Positions 48,761 through 60,400 of a stretch of 64,000 nucleotides of DNA are shown piece after piece. The notes below the pieces were generated by a model, which was not told where the DNA came from, did no database searches, and saw only the letters and a list, made by a program, of their open reading frames with translations. Position numbers and translations under genes: made by a program. Every line of letters starts with the position of its first letter. Position 1 is the first letter of the stretch. The DNA lies in the IMG/VR virus record IMGVR_UViG_3300037054_000148, positions 1 to 64,000 of that record; one strand, given 5' to 3'.

Positions 48761-51700
48761 ACTTAGAATCCATAAAATTGCAAGAACTACAGAGTTTAAC
48801 TAAACACCCACTCTCTCGTTTAAACACTAGCTCCGCCCCACAAAGCGGACACACTTCTCCTTTAGCTAGTTCTTTAGCTATAGCCTCTTCATCAGGAACG
48901 TAGTTTTTTAGTACTCGATTTAACACACTGGGGTAATCAAAAAGGGAGTTTGAAGATTTTTGAAGCTGTTCACAAATATCTGAAACCATCACGCCATTCC
49001 TAAGAGATAATGAGATAAACCGAGTAAGTGCTAAACCCTCCGGGGAAGGGAAACGAGCGCCAATATTACTAATTTTTACAATATCACTTTCTTCATCCTC
49101 GCTAAGCCATACAGTGAGAGAGTAATGGCCTCGTGACTTTTTAACAAGTTCTGCCTTATAGTATTTGTTGGGAAGGGGAGTGTCCTCTTCTACTCCAGCA
49201 AATACTTCAATGGGGGTGCCATTAACCAGCCCCACCAGCACGGACCAGGGTTTATCCTTGTATTTGACCTTGTGGATCTTGATATCCGTGGTCTTGGGCC
49301 GCTCTCTTCGAACAATCGGGTCTACAACTTCCTTCTTGATGCTATTCAGCACTCCAGTTCGACACTTATCCCGATAGACGGTGATGCCCTTCAGGCCATT
49401 ATCAAATGCCTCCATGTACAATTGACTCACATCTTCTACCGTAGCATCTTCAGGGAGATTTACTGTGCTGCTAATGCTATGATCAATATGTCGTTGAATT
49501 GCGGCTTGCATCTTGATTCGCTTGTGGTAATCAATGGAGTTAGCTTCTACATAGATGGATATGTCAAAATCGGGGTTAATGTTCAACGCATCCTGAATTC
49601 CCTGGTGATACACCGTGTATTGAACGGTGTCTCCGGATCCTGGAACTTTCACACTACGAGTCATGGCGGCGAGGAATAGAGGCTCAATTCCAGAGGTGCA
49701 ATTTCGCATCTCGATACTCAGGGAACCCGCAGGGGACTGAGTGAGTAGCCCAATATTTCGCAGACCCTTGGCTTTAATCATACCCTGAGTTTTTTTACTA
49801 AGACGCTGAATAAAGGGGGACTTCTTGTGACGTTCCCAGTCAAAAATCTGAAAACTGCCCTTCTCTTCGGCCAACAGAGCAGAAGTTTGATAAGCGATAT
49901 TGGCCAAAAAGTCGTAGATGGATTCAGCCATCTGTATTGCCTCATCCGTATCATAACGAAGCCCCATCATGGCCAACGCATCGGCTAATCCAGTGTTGCC
50001 CACTGAGATACGACGACCTAGAACTCCGGCAATGCGATTCCCCTCAAGAGGCAGGATCGGAAGATCCCAAGACTTGATGTTATCCTGTGCCCTGACTCCA
50101 ATGCCAATTACCTCTGCATAGGCATCAAAATCAAAACTAGCTTCTGAGGTATAGGGATGGCGAACAAAAGCGGGTAAAAAGAAGAGACCCAGATTACATG
50201 AGTCAAATGCACTCAAGGTTTCTTCGGCACAGTTATGGGATATTAAACCATTAGCATCAAAGGCATGTGGTCCCTCAACGGTGCAATCAAACACTTCTTC
50301 CTCACCAGCAGGTTCAATGGACACCACTTTAGTAGTAGTGCAATCTCTATAGGCTGCACGTTTATGGGGTGAGAGAATTAGGGCAAGTTTAGCTGCTTTG
50401 CTATCTTGAAGGAAACCCACCCTCTTCTCAAATGTAGCAATACTGCTTCTGGATATCACCAGTTCGTGATTCGCCTTACACCAAAAAAGGCCGTTTTCAC
50501 CGGTTCCATTATTAAGGGGCATTTCACGAAACTCTGCATTTCGTCGATTTTCGTATATGGAAGAGTTAATTCCAAAACGAGCAAGGAGTCGCTGGACTAG
50601 GTGGAGTATTTGAGTGTCAGACTGATTCAATCTAACTGAGCTTCCTTTATTGGGGTTTACCAAAACTGTGCCATCTGCATCAAAAAGACCTGATAGAAAT
50701 CCACTAATAAAACTTGAGCTTGCACGCTCAATACTATCTAGAGGTCGTTTAGTGGGAAATTCAAGGTATTGGGAACAAAGATTAAAGAGTTGCATGGATC
50801 TTACATATATTCTGTCTCCTTCAGGTTCCAAATTAATCTTTGATCCAAAAGGAAAGGGGCTCTTCATGGATAAGGGATCCAGGGTTTTAATAAACTCAAC
50901 GGCTTTTTGTGCGGTCGCCTTTCCTTCCTCCCAGAAGCCTAAAATTGCTGACTTGGTGGAAGTGTGGTAATGACCATCTCCCAGCAACGAGCCCACTAAA
51001 TAGCCCTCTTCAAAAGTTTCAGGCCCTCCCCAGCAAACCTGGGGATTTTGGCTGAGAAGAAGTTCAGCTTTAAGTTGAAGATTCTGTAATTCTACCCATT
51101 CTGGCACCCCATCAGCCCCTCTGACCAGAAACTTATGATTGGCTGTAGCCTTAATGGAGTGCCCTCGGCTGGTAGATACTTTATAAACTGGTTTGACACC
51201 AGTAGACCAAAAACCAGTGGTGGGAAAATGTTCTCCGTTGAGCGTGGTCATGTGAGGAATACCCACTAAATCTTTAACTTGCTTAGCTCCCCCATCAGTT
51301 AGAATCCAAGTGTCACCCGTAAGACATGGATTCAGCCCAACGGTCTCAAACGAATAGTTGACCCATTTGGTCTCTCCGGTTGCTGGATCAGTAAACTCAA
51401 TCTCAGGAAGGACCGTATACTGATCCGCAGGGGATTCACGAATAATATGATCCCAATTTAGAATCCCAGGTTCTGCTGAACTCCACGCATGGTACATCAG
51501 CTTGTCCCACAAAACTCTAGCCTTAATCATTCTAGAAATTCGTGGGTAGGCGTTATCCTTGAACTCAAACCAGAGTTCATATTCCCCGTCTTCCTTGACT
51601 GCTTTCATAAATTGGTCGTTGATTCGAACTGATACATTGGAGTGAGAGGTGGACTTTAAGCGATCTGCCACCGCTGCCCACTTGTAGTCGTTGATGTTGA

Positions 51701-52463
51701 TGCCGACTCCAGCTAACTCATCAAAGAAGGGCTGTTTCTTCAAGTCAGACTTTTCTTCAATGAAAAGTTCAATGTCCGGATGACTGATTCGCATGGTCTG
51801 AAGATTTGCTCCTCTGCGCCCAGCCTGACCAATCATTCCAGTCGTATAAGAGAAAAAGTCCATGAAGCTGGCCGCACCAGTGGAGGAACGTGCTGCGTTG
51901 TTCGTAGCGGCCCCACGAGGGCGAAGACCACTGATATCGTGCCCCTCCCCTCCTCTGAATGCAAAGATACGAGCCATGTTTTTGGCTGTATCAAAAATGG
52001 ATTCCAGGTTGTCTTCTGGTGGGGGTAGGGTGAAACAATTAGAACTGCTGGCCTTCACATAGGGATTCCCCAAAGCAAACAGCCCCGAGCCCTGTGGAGA
52101 ATATTTCCACCCATCCAACACTCCGTAGAACTTATCCTTCCAATAGGAAAATTCCTTGGTATTCGAAGGGCTTTTCATTTCTTCATTTGCCAAAACTATG
52201 GAAATCCGATTCCACATTTCCGCAGGAGTTTGCTCACAGCAGTCTCCTGCTTGAGTATGAAGAGCGTATTTATCCACCCAAATGCGAGATGCTAAAGTTG
52301 CATTTTCTGGTAAAACCTTCATTTCCTCAATATACCACTCGTAACATTTGGCGTAAGCGTTAGCTTCACTCTTAAGTGGAGCGGAAGCACTACTTACACT
52401 TGAGCCTTTACTTGTGAGATATTCATCATAGAGTTCCTGATAGGTCAAAATTTTGTCGATCAC
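48753..52463 (-). CDS. nrdJ: class II (B12-dependent) ribonucleotide reductase with intein
   Basis: SNCF, RRGA, EPG, NP|CAE, PAGSLS, SGIEP, KGITVYRD, C-terminal Zn ribbon; no small-subunit gene adjacent. Confidence 0.9.
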   Translation of the reverse strand: MIDKILTYQELYDEYLTSKGSSVSSASAPLKSEANAYAKCYEWYIEEMKVLPENATLASRIWVDKYALHTQAGDCCEQTPAEMWNRISIVLANEEMKSPSNTKEFSYWKDKFYGVLDGWKYSPQGSGLFALGNPYVKASSSNCFTLPPPEDNLESIFDTAKNMARIFAFRGGEGHDISGLRPRGAATNNAARSSTGAASFMDFFSYTTGMIGQAGRRGANLQTMRISHPDIELFIEEKSDLKKQPFFDELAGVGININDYKWAAVADRLKSTSHSNVSVRINDQFMKAVKEDGEYELWFEFKDNAYPRISRMIKARVLWDKLMYHAWSSAEPGILNWDHIIRESPADQYTVLPEIEFTDPATGETKWVNYSFETVGLNPCLTGDTWILTDGGAKQVKDLVGIPHMTTLNGEHFPTTGFWSTGVKPVYKVSTSRGHSIKATANHKFLVRGADGVPEWVELQNLQLKAELLLSQNPQVCWGGPETFEEGYLVGSLLGDGHYHTSTKSAILGFWEEGKATAQKAVEFIKTLDPLSMKSPFPFGSKINLEPEGDRIYVRSMQLFNLCSQYLEFPTKRPLDSIERASSSFISGFLSGLFDADGTVLVNPNKGSSVRLNQSDTQILHLVQRLLARFGINSSIYENRRNAEFREMPLNNGTGENGLFWCKANHELVISRSSIATFEKRVGFLQDSKAAKLALILSPHKRAAYRDCTTTKVVSIEPAGEEEVFDCTVEGPHAFDANGLISHNCAEETLSAFDSCNLGLFFLPAFVRHPYTSEASFDFDAYAEVIGIGVRAQDNIKSWDLPILPLEGNRIAGVLGRRISVGNTGLADALAMMGLRYDTDEAIQMAESIYDFLANIAYQTSALLAEEKGSFQIFDWERHKKSPFIQRLSKKTQGMIKAKGLRNIGLLTQSPAGSLSIEMRNCTSGIEPLFLAAMTRSVKVPGSGDTVQYTVYHQGIQDALNINPDFDISIYVEANSIDYHKRIKMQAAIQRHIDHSISSTVNLPEDATVEDVSQLYMEAFDNGLKGITVYRDKCRTGVLNSIKKEVVDPIVRRERPKTTDIKIHKVKYKDKPWSVLVGLVNGTPIEVFAGVEEDTPLPNKYYKAELVKKSRGHYSLTVWLSEDEESDIVKISNIGARFPSPEGLALTRFISLSLRNGVMVSDICEQLQKSSNSLFDYPSVLNRVLKNYVPDEEAIAKELAKGEVCPLCGAELVFKRESGCLVKLCSSCNFMDSKCG
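50232..51326 (-). mobile_element. intein with LAGLIDADG endonuclease (365 aa) at the RNR catalytic Cys
   Basis: CLTGDT...GSLLGDG...LSGLFDADG...ISHN|C. Confidence 0.92.
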
Positions 52464-52533
52464 GCACCACTCCTAAATTACAAATACTGGGTTAACCCCC
52501 AGTGATGTAGAAATGCAAAAAACATTCTCTGCA

Positions 52534-53337
52534 TCAAAGTTCTTCGGTTGTAGTATTCTCAGGATTCCAACTAGGCTCGTTAAGCTCCTCACTCGGTGCC
52601 ATCTGGGCTCGTTTAGTGGTTATAATTTTTTCCACCAACAAGGACTCCTCGTCAATGACTTTTTTCGTCATGAGCGTAGGGTCGGGAGGCAGGAATCCAA
52701 GGGCGTAGAGCCCCACTACTTTTTTATCGGTCAGGGGGGTTTCTTGTGCTAAGGCCATATCTACAATTCCAGCGAAAGCCTCAGCAGCCTTAACATTGGG
52801 AGCGTAGAATTGAGGGCCAATATACCCCCCTTTCTCACTCATTAATTGGCAAAATAGCCAAGCAGAAGAGATCTTTGGGGTTTTTCTGCTGAGGGTAAGA
52901 TTGGTTGCCTTGAATAGCTGCTCTCCATCTTCAGGGAGGGCCTCTCTGGTTTGCAGCCTAGCTAGCTCGGCAAGGAGAGCATACTCCTCGTGTCCTCGGT
53001 GGGTCTGGTTTCGAGGGAGAAAGTCTGCCTCTTCTGCAAGAAGCATATTAAGTTGCTCTTTGGGATCAAACAGAATATGGTAGTCACGCTCCAGTGACAA
53101 CTCTTTTTTGTTCAGGGTCTGGCCAAATCGGTTACCTTCAAAAAAGAACTTTTGGAGTTTTTGAAGTGTCTCTTTACGCGAGAGCCAAGCGGTAGAAAAG
53201 AGCCGACTTCGGAAGATCAAGTCATTCATCTTTGGGAATGCGGCAAGCTCCTGAAAATGAAAAAAGCTATAGTCATCCAGCATCTCCTTATCAATGCGGA
53301 TGTCTTCGTTACAAATCAGAGTCAAGTCTTGTGGCAT
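52534..53337 (-). CDS. hypothetical protein
   Basis: 267 aa ORF. Confidence 0.7.
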   Translation of the reverse strand: MPQDLTLICNEDIRIDKEMLDDYSFFHFQELAAFPKMNDLIFRSRLFSTAWLSRKETLQKLQKFFFEGNRFGQTLNKKELSLERDYHILFDPKEQLNMLLAEEADFLPRNQTHRGHEEYALLAELARLQTREALPEDGEQLFKATNLTLSRKTPKISSAWLFCQLMSEKGGYIGPQFYAPNVKAAEAFAGIVDMALAQETPLTDKKVVGLYALGFLPPDPTLMTKKVIDEESLLVEKIITTKRAQMAPSEELNEPSWNPENTTTEEL

Positions 53338-53526
53338 ACCTAGATAATACTCACTCTACCCCCTGTTGGGAGCCAATTTTTGGTATTTCTTCTAGTGTTA
53401 CGGTAGTTACTGCGGGTCTTGCGTGGTGTTGAGCGGCCTTTTCATAGCTAGACTGGCCAAGTCCAAGTTGGGATGCGGTGTTACCCCCGGAGGGGGATGC
53501 GGTAACACTCGGATTGAGGAACGGGG

Positions 53527-54906
53527 CTACTTATCCTCATGATAATTTTCTTCTTTTGATTGGAGTTTACATTGTTGACGATAGAACGCTGATCGCACTC
53601 TTTGCCAGCTTTTACTACGAAGAAAGGTGGCTCCATGCCACAAGTCCATCTTAGCCAAAGCAGTTTGGATGGCGTGGTTCGCTCGGGTAAGCGGGTTTAT
53701 AACCTGTCGGCTGTCTCCTCCGATCAGAGTTCCATTTACCTCCCGAACCATCAGGGGCCTTCCAGTTAGTCCCAAGATTAACGAGTAGTCAAACCAGTCC
53801 TTGATCAGATTCCTCTGCCACACATGTAAGTGCAGCGGATGATGCTGAGGACGGTCCTTATATCTCGCACCCAAGGAGACCAGCTTAGGTGATCGGAACT
53901 CTATGGCACCTTCCGCCTGTAGAGTTCTGAGCTTACGTGTTAGGTAAGTCTTAATGTTGCACAAATTGCTAGGGCAAACTGGATCCAGTGCTACGACCCT
54001 GACTTTCCCTATCATTTGGGCTACAAGTTTATTGATATATTGCTTTGTGAGCTTTTCTTTGGGGATGAGACTCCCCCGTCGATCTTCGGTAGGATTCTGA
54101 ATCTGAACAGCCATTCCATTGGGACTGAAGCAGATGCCCATATCACACAACCTGGGATCACGGCAAGAGTTTATGCTATGACGATCCAGGTTTACTTCAT
54201 GAATCCGGACCTCTTTATGCGTGTAGGCCAGCCACACTGTCTTTCCTCGTCTGAGGAGGCGCATGGAAATGACATATCGCCAATCCAAATCGAGTGATTT
54301 TTTAAGTTCGGCCCGAATTTCTGAGGTGATGGGAATGGAGTTTACCCTAGCCCAGGACTTAAACCTCAGCGGATTAACAGCCTGACAACGGCGATTCACA
54401 TAATCCCGACGAACCTTTCGCTCATGAGGGTCTCCAGTATTAGCCTTTATGAGGGTTCCTGAGCGATCAAGATGAACAAGCCGGTTCCACACTCCCTGAT
54501 AAGACTCAAAATATGGAAGCAGGATGCAAGAGGTCTCTGGCGACAGCTTCACCAATTTTCGGAGTCGCAAAGTCTGTTCAGAGTAGTCCGACTCATCAAA
54601 GGGAGCTTGAAACACCACAGTCCCCCCCTCATCTCGATAGTCTGTCTCCTGGCGGAGCCCTGGAAGGATGCCACCAGATTGACAGCTTTGAAATCCGCTC
54701 CGCCGATCATGCAGCCAATCACCCTCGCACTTGATTCCGCTTGCGGGAGACTGATACCAGAAGAACTTCTCTCCCTTGCGAAAGTAACCAGCAGGATCCG
54801 GCAGTGCCGGAAGGGTGTCGGGGGCAATCAAAAGGGTAGTCCTGGAAAGCTGCTTCATCTCATGATGATACTCGAAGTCAGTTCCCTCTGAAGGTTTCTT
54901 GAGCAA
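53527..54906 (-). CDS. hypothetical basic protein
   Basis: 459 aa ORF; start uncertain. Confidence 0.7.
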   Translation of the reverse strand: MLKKPSEGTDFEYHHEMKQLSRTTLLIAPDTLPALPDPAGYFRKGEKFFWYQSPASGIKCEGDWLHDRRSGFQSCQSGGILPGLRQETDYRDEGGTVVFQAPFDESDYSEQTLRLRKLVKLSPETSCILLPYFESYQGVWNRLVHLDRSGTLIKANTGDPHERKVRRDYVNRRCQAVNPLRFKSWARVNSIPITSEIRAELKKSLDLDWRYVISMRLLRRGKTVWLAYTHKEVRIHEVNLDRHSINSCRDPRLCDMGICFSPNGMAVQIQNPTEDRRGSLIPKEKLTKQYINKLVAQMIGKVRVVALDPVCPSNLCNIKTYLTRKLRTLQAEGAIEFRSPKLVSLGARYKDRPQHHPLHLHVWQRNLIKDWFDYSLILGLTGRPLMVREVNGTLIGGDSRQVINPLTRANHAIQTALAKMDLWHGATFLRSKSWQRVRSAFYRQQCKLQSKEENYHEDK

Positions 54907-55121
54907 AACTTCTTCCCCATCCTTGAGAGAACCTTACAAGAAAAGAATAAATAATATGTGTATATATTCTCTTCTTCTTTTTATTGGAGTTATATAGGGA
55001 ATTTCAGGGTCAGTGAGATGAAGAATCTAGTATCCATGCGGGTTTAGTCATTTTCAGAGTCCCTGAAACACATAAAATTGGAACTTTTCCCGTTTGACTT
55101 CTGTACACCCCTTTAGAGGCT

Positions 55122-55667
55122 TTGATGACCCCCCTTCCTGAAGTTAAGAATGCCCTTGAAATGAAAGTATTGAACCATGTGTTTCATTTCCGTAGACTTA
55201 GGTGGGGGGACATGCCTGCGGTAAGTGAATGGGTTGAAAAATACAAGATGGTGGATCGTTTGGCAATCACCGCCCACGCACTTCATAACATATCTGGGAA
55301 AGATGTGACTCCGGAGGAGGCCCTGAAAGTTTTGACCTCCATACCTCGGGGTGCCTTGGAGACTGTATATAAATTTTACAAAGGAAGTTTGGACCCCCAC
55401 CGAATGTTCGAGGTTCTTCCATGGTGGAAGGCCCCTGACGCCGCCACCTATGTCAGAGATTTGGAAGATGAGGAAGGTCAGACTGACGGACAGATGGATG
55501 AGGTGGAGGAACTTCTGACTCAGAAGTTTGGGAAGCAGGCCGTGGATGAGGAGAAAGCCTTGGCACATAAAATAGTTGCCAATACAGGTTATGCGGGAGC
55601 CATGAGAATTGAAGAAAACTTTATGGACAGGGCCAAGCAAGGCCGTACAGATCAGGAGGAATGGTGA
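55122..55667 (+). CDS. putative tail assembly chaperone-like protein
   Basis: First gene of the plus-strand module, upstream of the tape measure gene. Confidence 0.55.
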   Translation: MMTPLPEVKNALEMKVLNHVFHFRRLRWGDMPAVSEWVEKYKMVDRLAITAHALHNISGKDVTPEEALKVLTSIPRGALETVYKFYKGSLDPHRMFEVLPWWKAPDAATYVRDLEDEEGQTDGQMDEVEELLTQKFGKQAVDEEKALAHKIVANTGYAGAMRIEENFMDRAKQGRTDQEEW

Positions 55668-56764
55668 GCGAGATCCCCTCTGGCGTTGATCTGATGAATC
55701 AAATCAGTCTTGGCGAACTAAAATATAAACAATCTAATATCGCGCTTGAGGTGAAGGAGAAGGTCTCTACTGCGATGGAAGAGATCATTACCATGGGGGC
55801 GAGAGTCCGACCCCTCAAGCTAAACGGTAAGAGGGTGGGGTGGCTCCGTCCGTTGGCCTACTCCGAACGTAAGGTATTGGACCGAATGATAGAGAAGGAC
55901 GATGAACGGGTTCTTTTGACCCTGACTCACTGCACCACTCTGTCTGAAGAGGACATTAATGACCTGGATATGTATGAGATGAACTCTATCCTCCATCGTC
56001 TTTACTCTGCTAATGTGGCTGACATGTCTCTGTTCCCCTACATCTCAGCGTTTTGCACTACTCAAATTAGCCAGAACTTATGGTACTCAAAACATGATGC
56101 CCTTTATTCACGCCGGGAACTGATTATGCCTGACGGAAAGATTCTGAAACTTTTGGCTCTTCCGGATCACATAGCTCTTTGGTCCACACTGACCACCATT
56201 CGGAACCGCTCTATCACTAAATTAGAGGACAGCTTGAACTTTGGTTCATTGATTAAAGCTCAGATTGGTAAAGATGCAAATAAGTATATAAAAGAGCTAG
56301 TCAAGGGTTTGAATGAGTTCCAGATTGATATAATTGAGCCTTGGACAGAAGTTGTGGATTACGTTAAGCTGCAATCCGCCACCCCCCATTTTAGTGATGG
56401 TTTTGGCCACTCCCATGAGGATAATACGGTTCAGGGCCTGCTGAGGGAGATGGAGGGGATGATGCATGGAGACAAACATGAACAACTCATGCAGCAGTTC
56501 TACGACAAACAGCTTAGAGAGGCTCAGGAACAGGAGCATTTGGTGCAGCTTCGAGTTCAAAAACGGAGACAGGAGCTTGCGCTTCTTGAGGATGATGGGG
56601 CTCTGGTGGTGGTAACGGATGCGGAAGTTAAGCGTCGAGAGAGAGAAATTCACGCTAGATCTCAGGGATTGATCCAACAGCAAATCAATGAGTTGTCAAA
56701 CCAATCCGAAGAGCCCCCTCCAAGTTCGGAGAGAATCACAAAGTATTTTGAAAGAGAGGGGTAG
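55661..56764 (+). CDS. putative tail assembly protein
   Basis: 367 aa; function inferred from position only. Confidence 0.55.
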   Translation: MVSEIPSGVDLMNQISLGELKYKQSNIALEVKEKVSTAMEEIITMGARVRPLKLNGKRVGWLRPLAYSERKVLDRMIEKDDERVLLTLTHCTTLSEEDINDLDMYEMNSILHRLYSANVADMSLFPYISAFCTTQISQNLWYSKHDALYSRRELIMPDGKILKLLALPDHIALWSTLTTIRNRSITKLEDSLNFGSLIKAQIGKDANKYIKELVKGLNEFQIDIIEPWTEVVDYVKLQSATPHFSDGFGHSHEDNTVQGLLREMEGMMHGDKHEQLMQQFYDKQLREAQEQEHLVQLRVQKRRQELALLEDDGALVVVTDAEVKRREREIHARSQGLIQQQINELSNQSEEPPPSSERITKYFEREG

Positions 56765-56794
56765 CTGTCCCTCTGATGTAGCTTAGGAGCTTTA

Positions 56795-57406
56795 ATGACT
56801 CGGAAATACGCAAAACGCATCCCTGATGTAACCAAACCCACCAAGGCGGAGGCCCCAGCCCCACTACTATCTCTTGAAGAGATTATTTCTGACCTTAAAG
56901 GCTTTGGTATTGAAGAAACCTCAGAATTGATTAGCTTTGGGGCCAGTGGCAAGCAGATTCAGCTTCGATTGGCCAACATCCCCACCGAAGAGGAAATTGA
57001 AACCCTTCTGGCAGTTGAGGAGTATAAGGGTCATGCCTGGGTCTCTAGGGTTAAAGCAGAGATCTTATCCCGTGCCATTAGTTGGGTGAATGGAATTGAT
57101 CTTAAAGGTCGTAAGGATGAATTTGTTGTGGATCCTACGACCAATCAGGAAATGACCTTGCGGGTAGTGATTCGCAATCTCATTATGGGGTGGGGCCAAG
57201 AGGTGGTGAATGTCCTATGGAAGATTCTCATGGTCCACTGTCAGAAGATTGAAGATCGATTGTTCGAATCGTTGCCCGATAGCCAAATCATGACTGAAGT
57301 GGAAAAGCGGTTCATCGGTCAGGCCCTCCAGGAAATTCAGGACGCACAGCAGGAAGTGTATAAGGAAGCAATTAAGGAAATTGCCAACACCGATAGGGAT
57401 TCTTAA
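56795..57406 (+). CDS. putative tail assembly chaperone
   Basis: Immediately precedes the tape measure gene. Confidence 0.55.
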   Translation: MTRKYAKRIPDVTKPTKAEAPAPLLSLEEIISDLKGFGIEETSELISFGASGKQIQLRLANIPTEEEIETLLAVEEYKGHAWVSRVKAEILSRAISWVNGIDLKGRKDEFVVDPTTNQEMTLRVVIRNLIMGWGQEVVNVLWKILMVHCQKIEDRLFESLPDSQIMTEVEKRFIGQALQEIQDAQQEVYKEAIKEIANTDRDS

Positions 57407-60400
57407 TGGCAGCAAGGGCTAGCGCGATCAGTAGGGAGACTCTTGAGACACTCAAGGGTATGAAGACTATTTTGGGTGATAATCTGTCCGTCGCGGCTGA
57501 CCTCAAGATTGTTCTCGACCAGATGTATAATCCTATTGAGAAGAGTGAAAAAGTTTTAAAAGATTGGGGAGACTCTCTTCATCATGTAGCTGACTTTGTT
57601 TCTGACGGAATAGATAAATTCAAACAACTAAATGCCTTGACGATGAGAATCCACCGCTTAGATGCAGAGGATGTCAAAAATAAAGAAAAAAGCATTAAAC
57701 TTTTGCGCGACCTGAAGGCTGAATACACAGATTTGAAAACTCTTCATACTGGAGATCTGAAGAAACTTCAAGATATTGATAAAGTTTTGAACTCTATCGG
57801 GGAGGCTGAAGGGGCAGTAGCCACTGGGGCTGCGGATATCAGCGACAAACTTAAGGCAGCGGCAGAAAATGCACGTGGGGTCAATGAGGCTTTTGATGAT
57901 ATGGATTATTCCAAGCCCATAGCCAGTGCTCATAAGCTCGGAAAATCTCTTGATGACGGAATCAGTGGAGCCCTGAGAGGATTGAAGCTCCTTGATAACT
58001 TTGGGTTCAAGGGTTTGTTTGGAAATCTGGCTAATATGCAGATGAAAATCAAGCAGATCAAAGAGGAGACCATAAAAAGTGGTCAAGCTAGAGCGGGACA
58101 GTATAATAGGGCCGCTGGAAGTGCCTATAAGGAGTTCACTTCTGGGGATGTGATGAGGCGAGAGGAGGGGTTTTCTCAGCTAGGGGGACTATACAAAAAT
58201 GCAGAAACCCCAGAGGCCAGGGCTGGGCTGGTTCGACAACTATCTGGAAAGACCGGGGTCACGGGGATGCTGGACAGGGCTCTGGGTAAAAGAGCCTTAG
58301 CGGCTGCCGGTGGGGGCAACCTCGGGTTCGCAGGTAAGATGGGGATGGGCCTGATGGAATCAGGTGGCGGCTCTGTCTTGGGTGGTGCGGCGATGCAAAT
58401 GGCCGGTCCTATGGCGGCTATTTATGGATTGGTTCAATTATTCTCAAAGGGGTTTGAACGTAATAAAGAAATCTACTCTAAACTAGGGGGAGGTGGGATA
58501 GTTCAACGGGGTAATATGGGGGCAAACTACAATAAATGGAGTAATGCATTATCCGCTGGAGGGCTGGGCCAAGGTCCAGGGTCTGCTAGATATTTTGACC
58601 TCAATTTTGAAAAAATGACAGATCTGATGAAAGAAGTTATTGAGTCCGGTCAAGCAGTCCAGAATAAGTATGGCATGATCAATGGGGGGATGTCCCCCGA
58701 TCAGGCCCTCACTGGTGGGAGGGCCACAAACGTCTATAGTGGAATTGTTCGAAATGCCGCCATGTTTGGAAAAAACATTGGGCTAGATAGCGGAGAGTCC
58801 GCGAAACTAACTATGAAATTGATGCATGATTTCAGTTTATCCATGGGTGAAGTTGAGGACATGTTTATTGGAATTGACAAAGCCGTCCAAGTAACGGGTA
58901 TCAGCACCATAGCTTACCTCAAACTCATTGACGATGTAACTAGTCAGTTTGATAAACTTAACAAATCTCTGAACTACACTTGCGGACTTATGCTTTTGTT
59001 AGGTAACAACGCAAAATACACTGATGATGACATCAAGGGTATGGTTAAGGGTCTCACCGGTAACAAGAAGCCCTATGAGCAAGCTATCTACGGGTATCAG
59101 ATGGCTGGGCCACAGGGAAGAGAAGAGCTAGCCAAAGCTAGACAAACTCAATATCGTAGAACGGGGGCCGGTCTAGAGAAAGAGTTGGGCTTAGGGGAGG
59201 GTGCGTTAGAGGGCATGACTCGGGAGCAGATTCAGAACATGGTTGCTTCAGGCCACCCAGAACAGCAGGCACTGGCCACCCGCTATCTAAATGATCGGAA
59301 CAGAGGAAGATCAGCTATGGCTAAGCATGGTGCCTTTGATCTAGCCACTCAGGATGAGCTTTATGGTCATGACATTCGAAGTGACACAACGACTCAACTC
59401 TCTCTTTTGAATTCCATCTTGCCAAAAGGGACTCATATCTCAGATTTTATCGGTGGGACAAAAGGAGCGGAAAACCGAGTGCAAAATCTGATGTCTAATA
59501 AGGAATTTATGGGTAAGGCCAACTACCTTAATATCTCTCCTGAAGGCATCAGTGCAAAACTTGGGGCGGCTGGTCAGCAGATTATAGGTGGAATCAGTGC
59601 CGCAGCCACCACAGGGGGTAAAGAGGGGGAAGCTGCTAGAGGTAAGTTTACCAATATTAGTGCAGGGGGGTGGAAAGAAATCAGAGATGCCCTTGCAGAA
59701 GGTAAGGGCATCTCTGGTACCAAAGCTGTCCAGGGAGCCCTGAGTGGGTTGGGAGCGGATCAGCTAGGGGATGTCATAGTAGACGCAGAGGAAAAGGCGG
59801 CGGCAGAAAAGGCTAAACAGAATCAAAGTTTTATTACTACACCCCTGGATCGGATCAACAAGTCCTTGGACTCTATCGTTGAAAATCTTATAACTTTGCT
59901 TCAAAAAGCGGTTAATTTCTTCAATTGGAATATCCTTGGTAAGGATGCGTATCAGGCGGCTAAACAAAATAAGGAGGAAGCTGAAAACTATAGGCAGAAT
60001 CAAATGCCCATGGATAAAACGGCTTTAGGTGGGGTGTTGAAGACCGTCAGAGGGGGGATGGAGAAGCCATATACCGCAGAAAAGGGGAAACACCTCCACG
60101 ATGCCCTTGGGGAGATTTATTTGAACTCTAAAGAGCTTCTGGGTCATCTTGGACATGATACGGTCTCGTCTGATGCTCGAAAAGAGGCTAATAACGCACT
60201 AGCGTTCCTATTCAGTCCAAAGAGAAACTTCAAGGATATTGGAGATGTGAACGATGCCAAGTCTAGGATCACTAATGCCTTAAAGTCTGTTACGGATAGT
60301 GAAGCGGCGGGTGAAAAAGCCAATGCCAATATGTTGTCTACTTCTAAGGAAAAGACTACTGAAACCGGGGCAACTGGGGCTGACGGCACTGGGATGGAAC

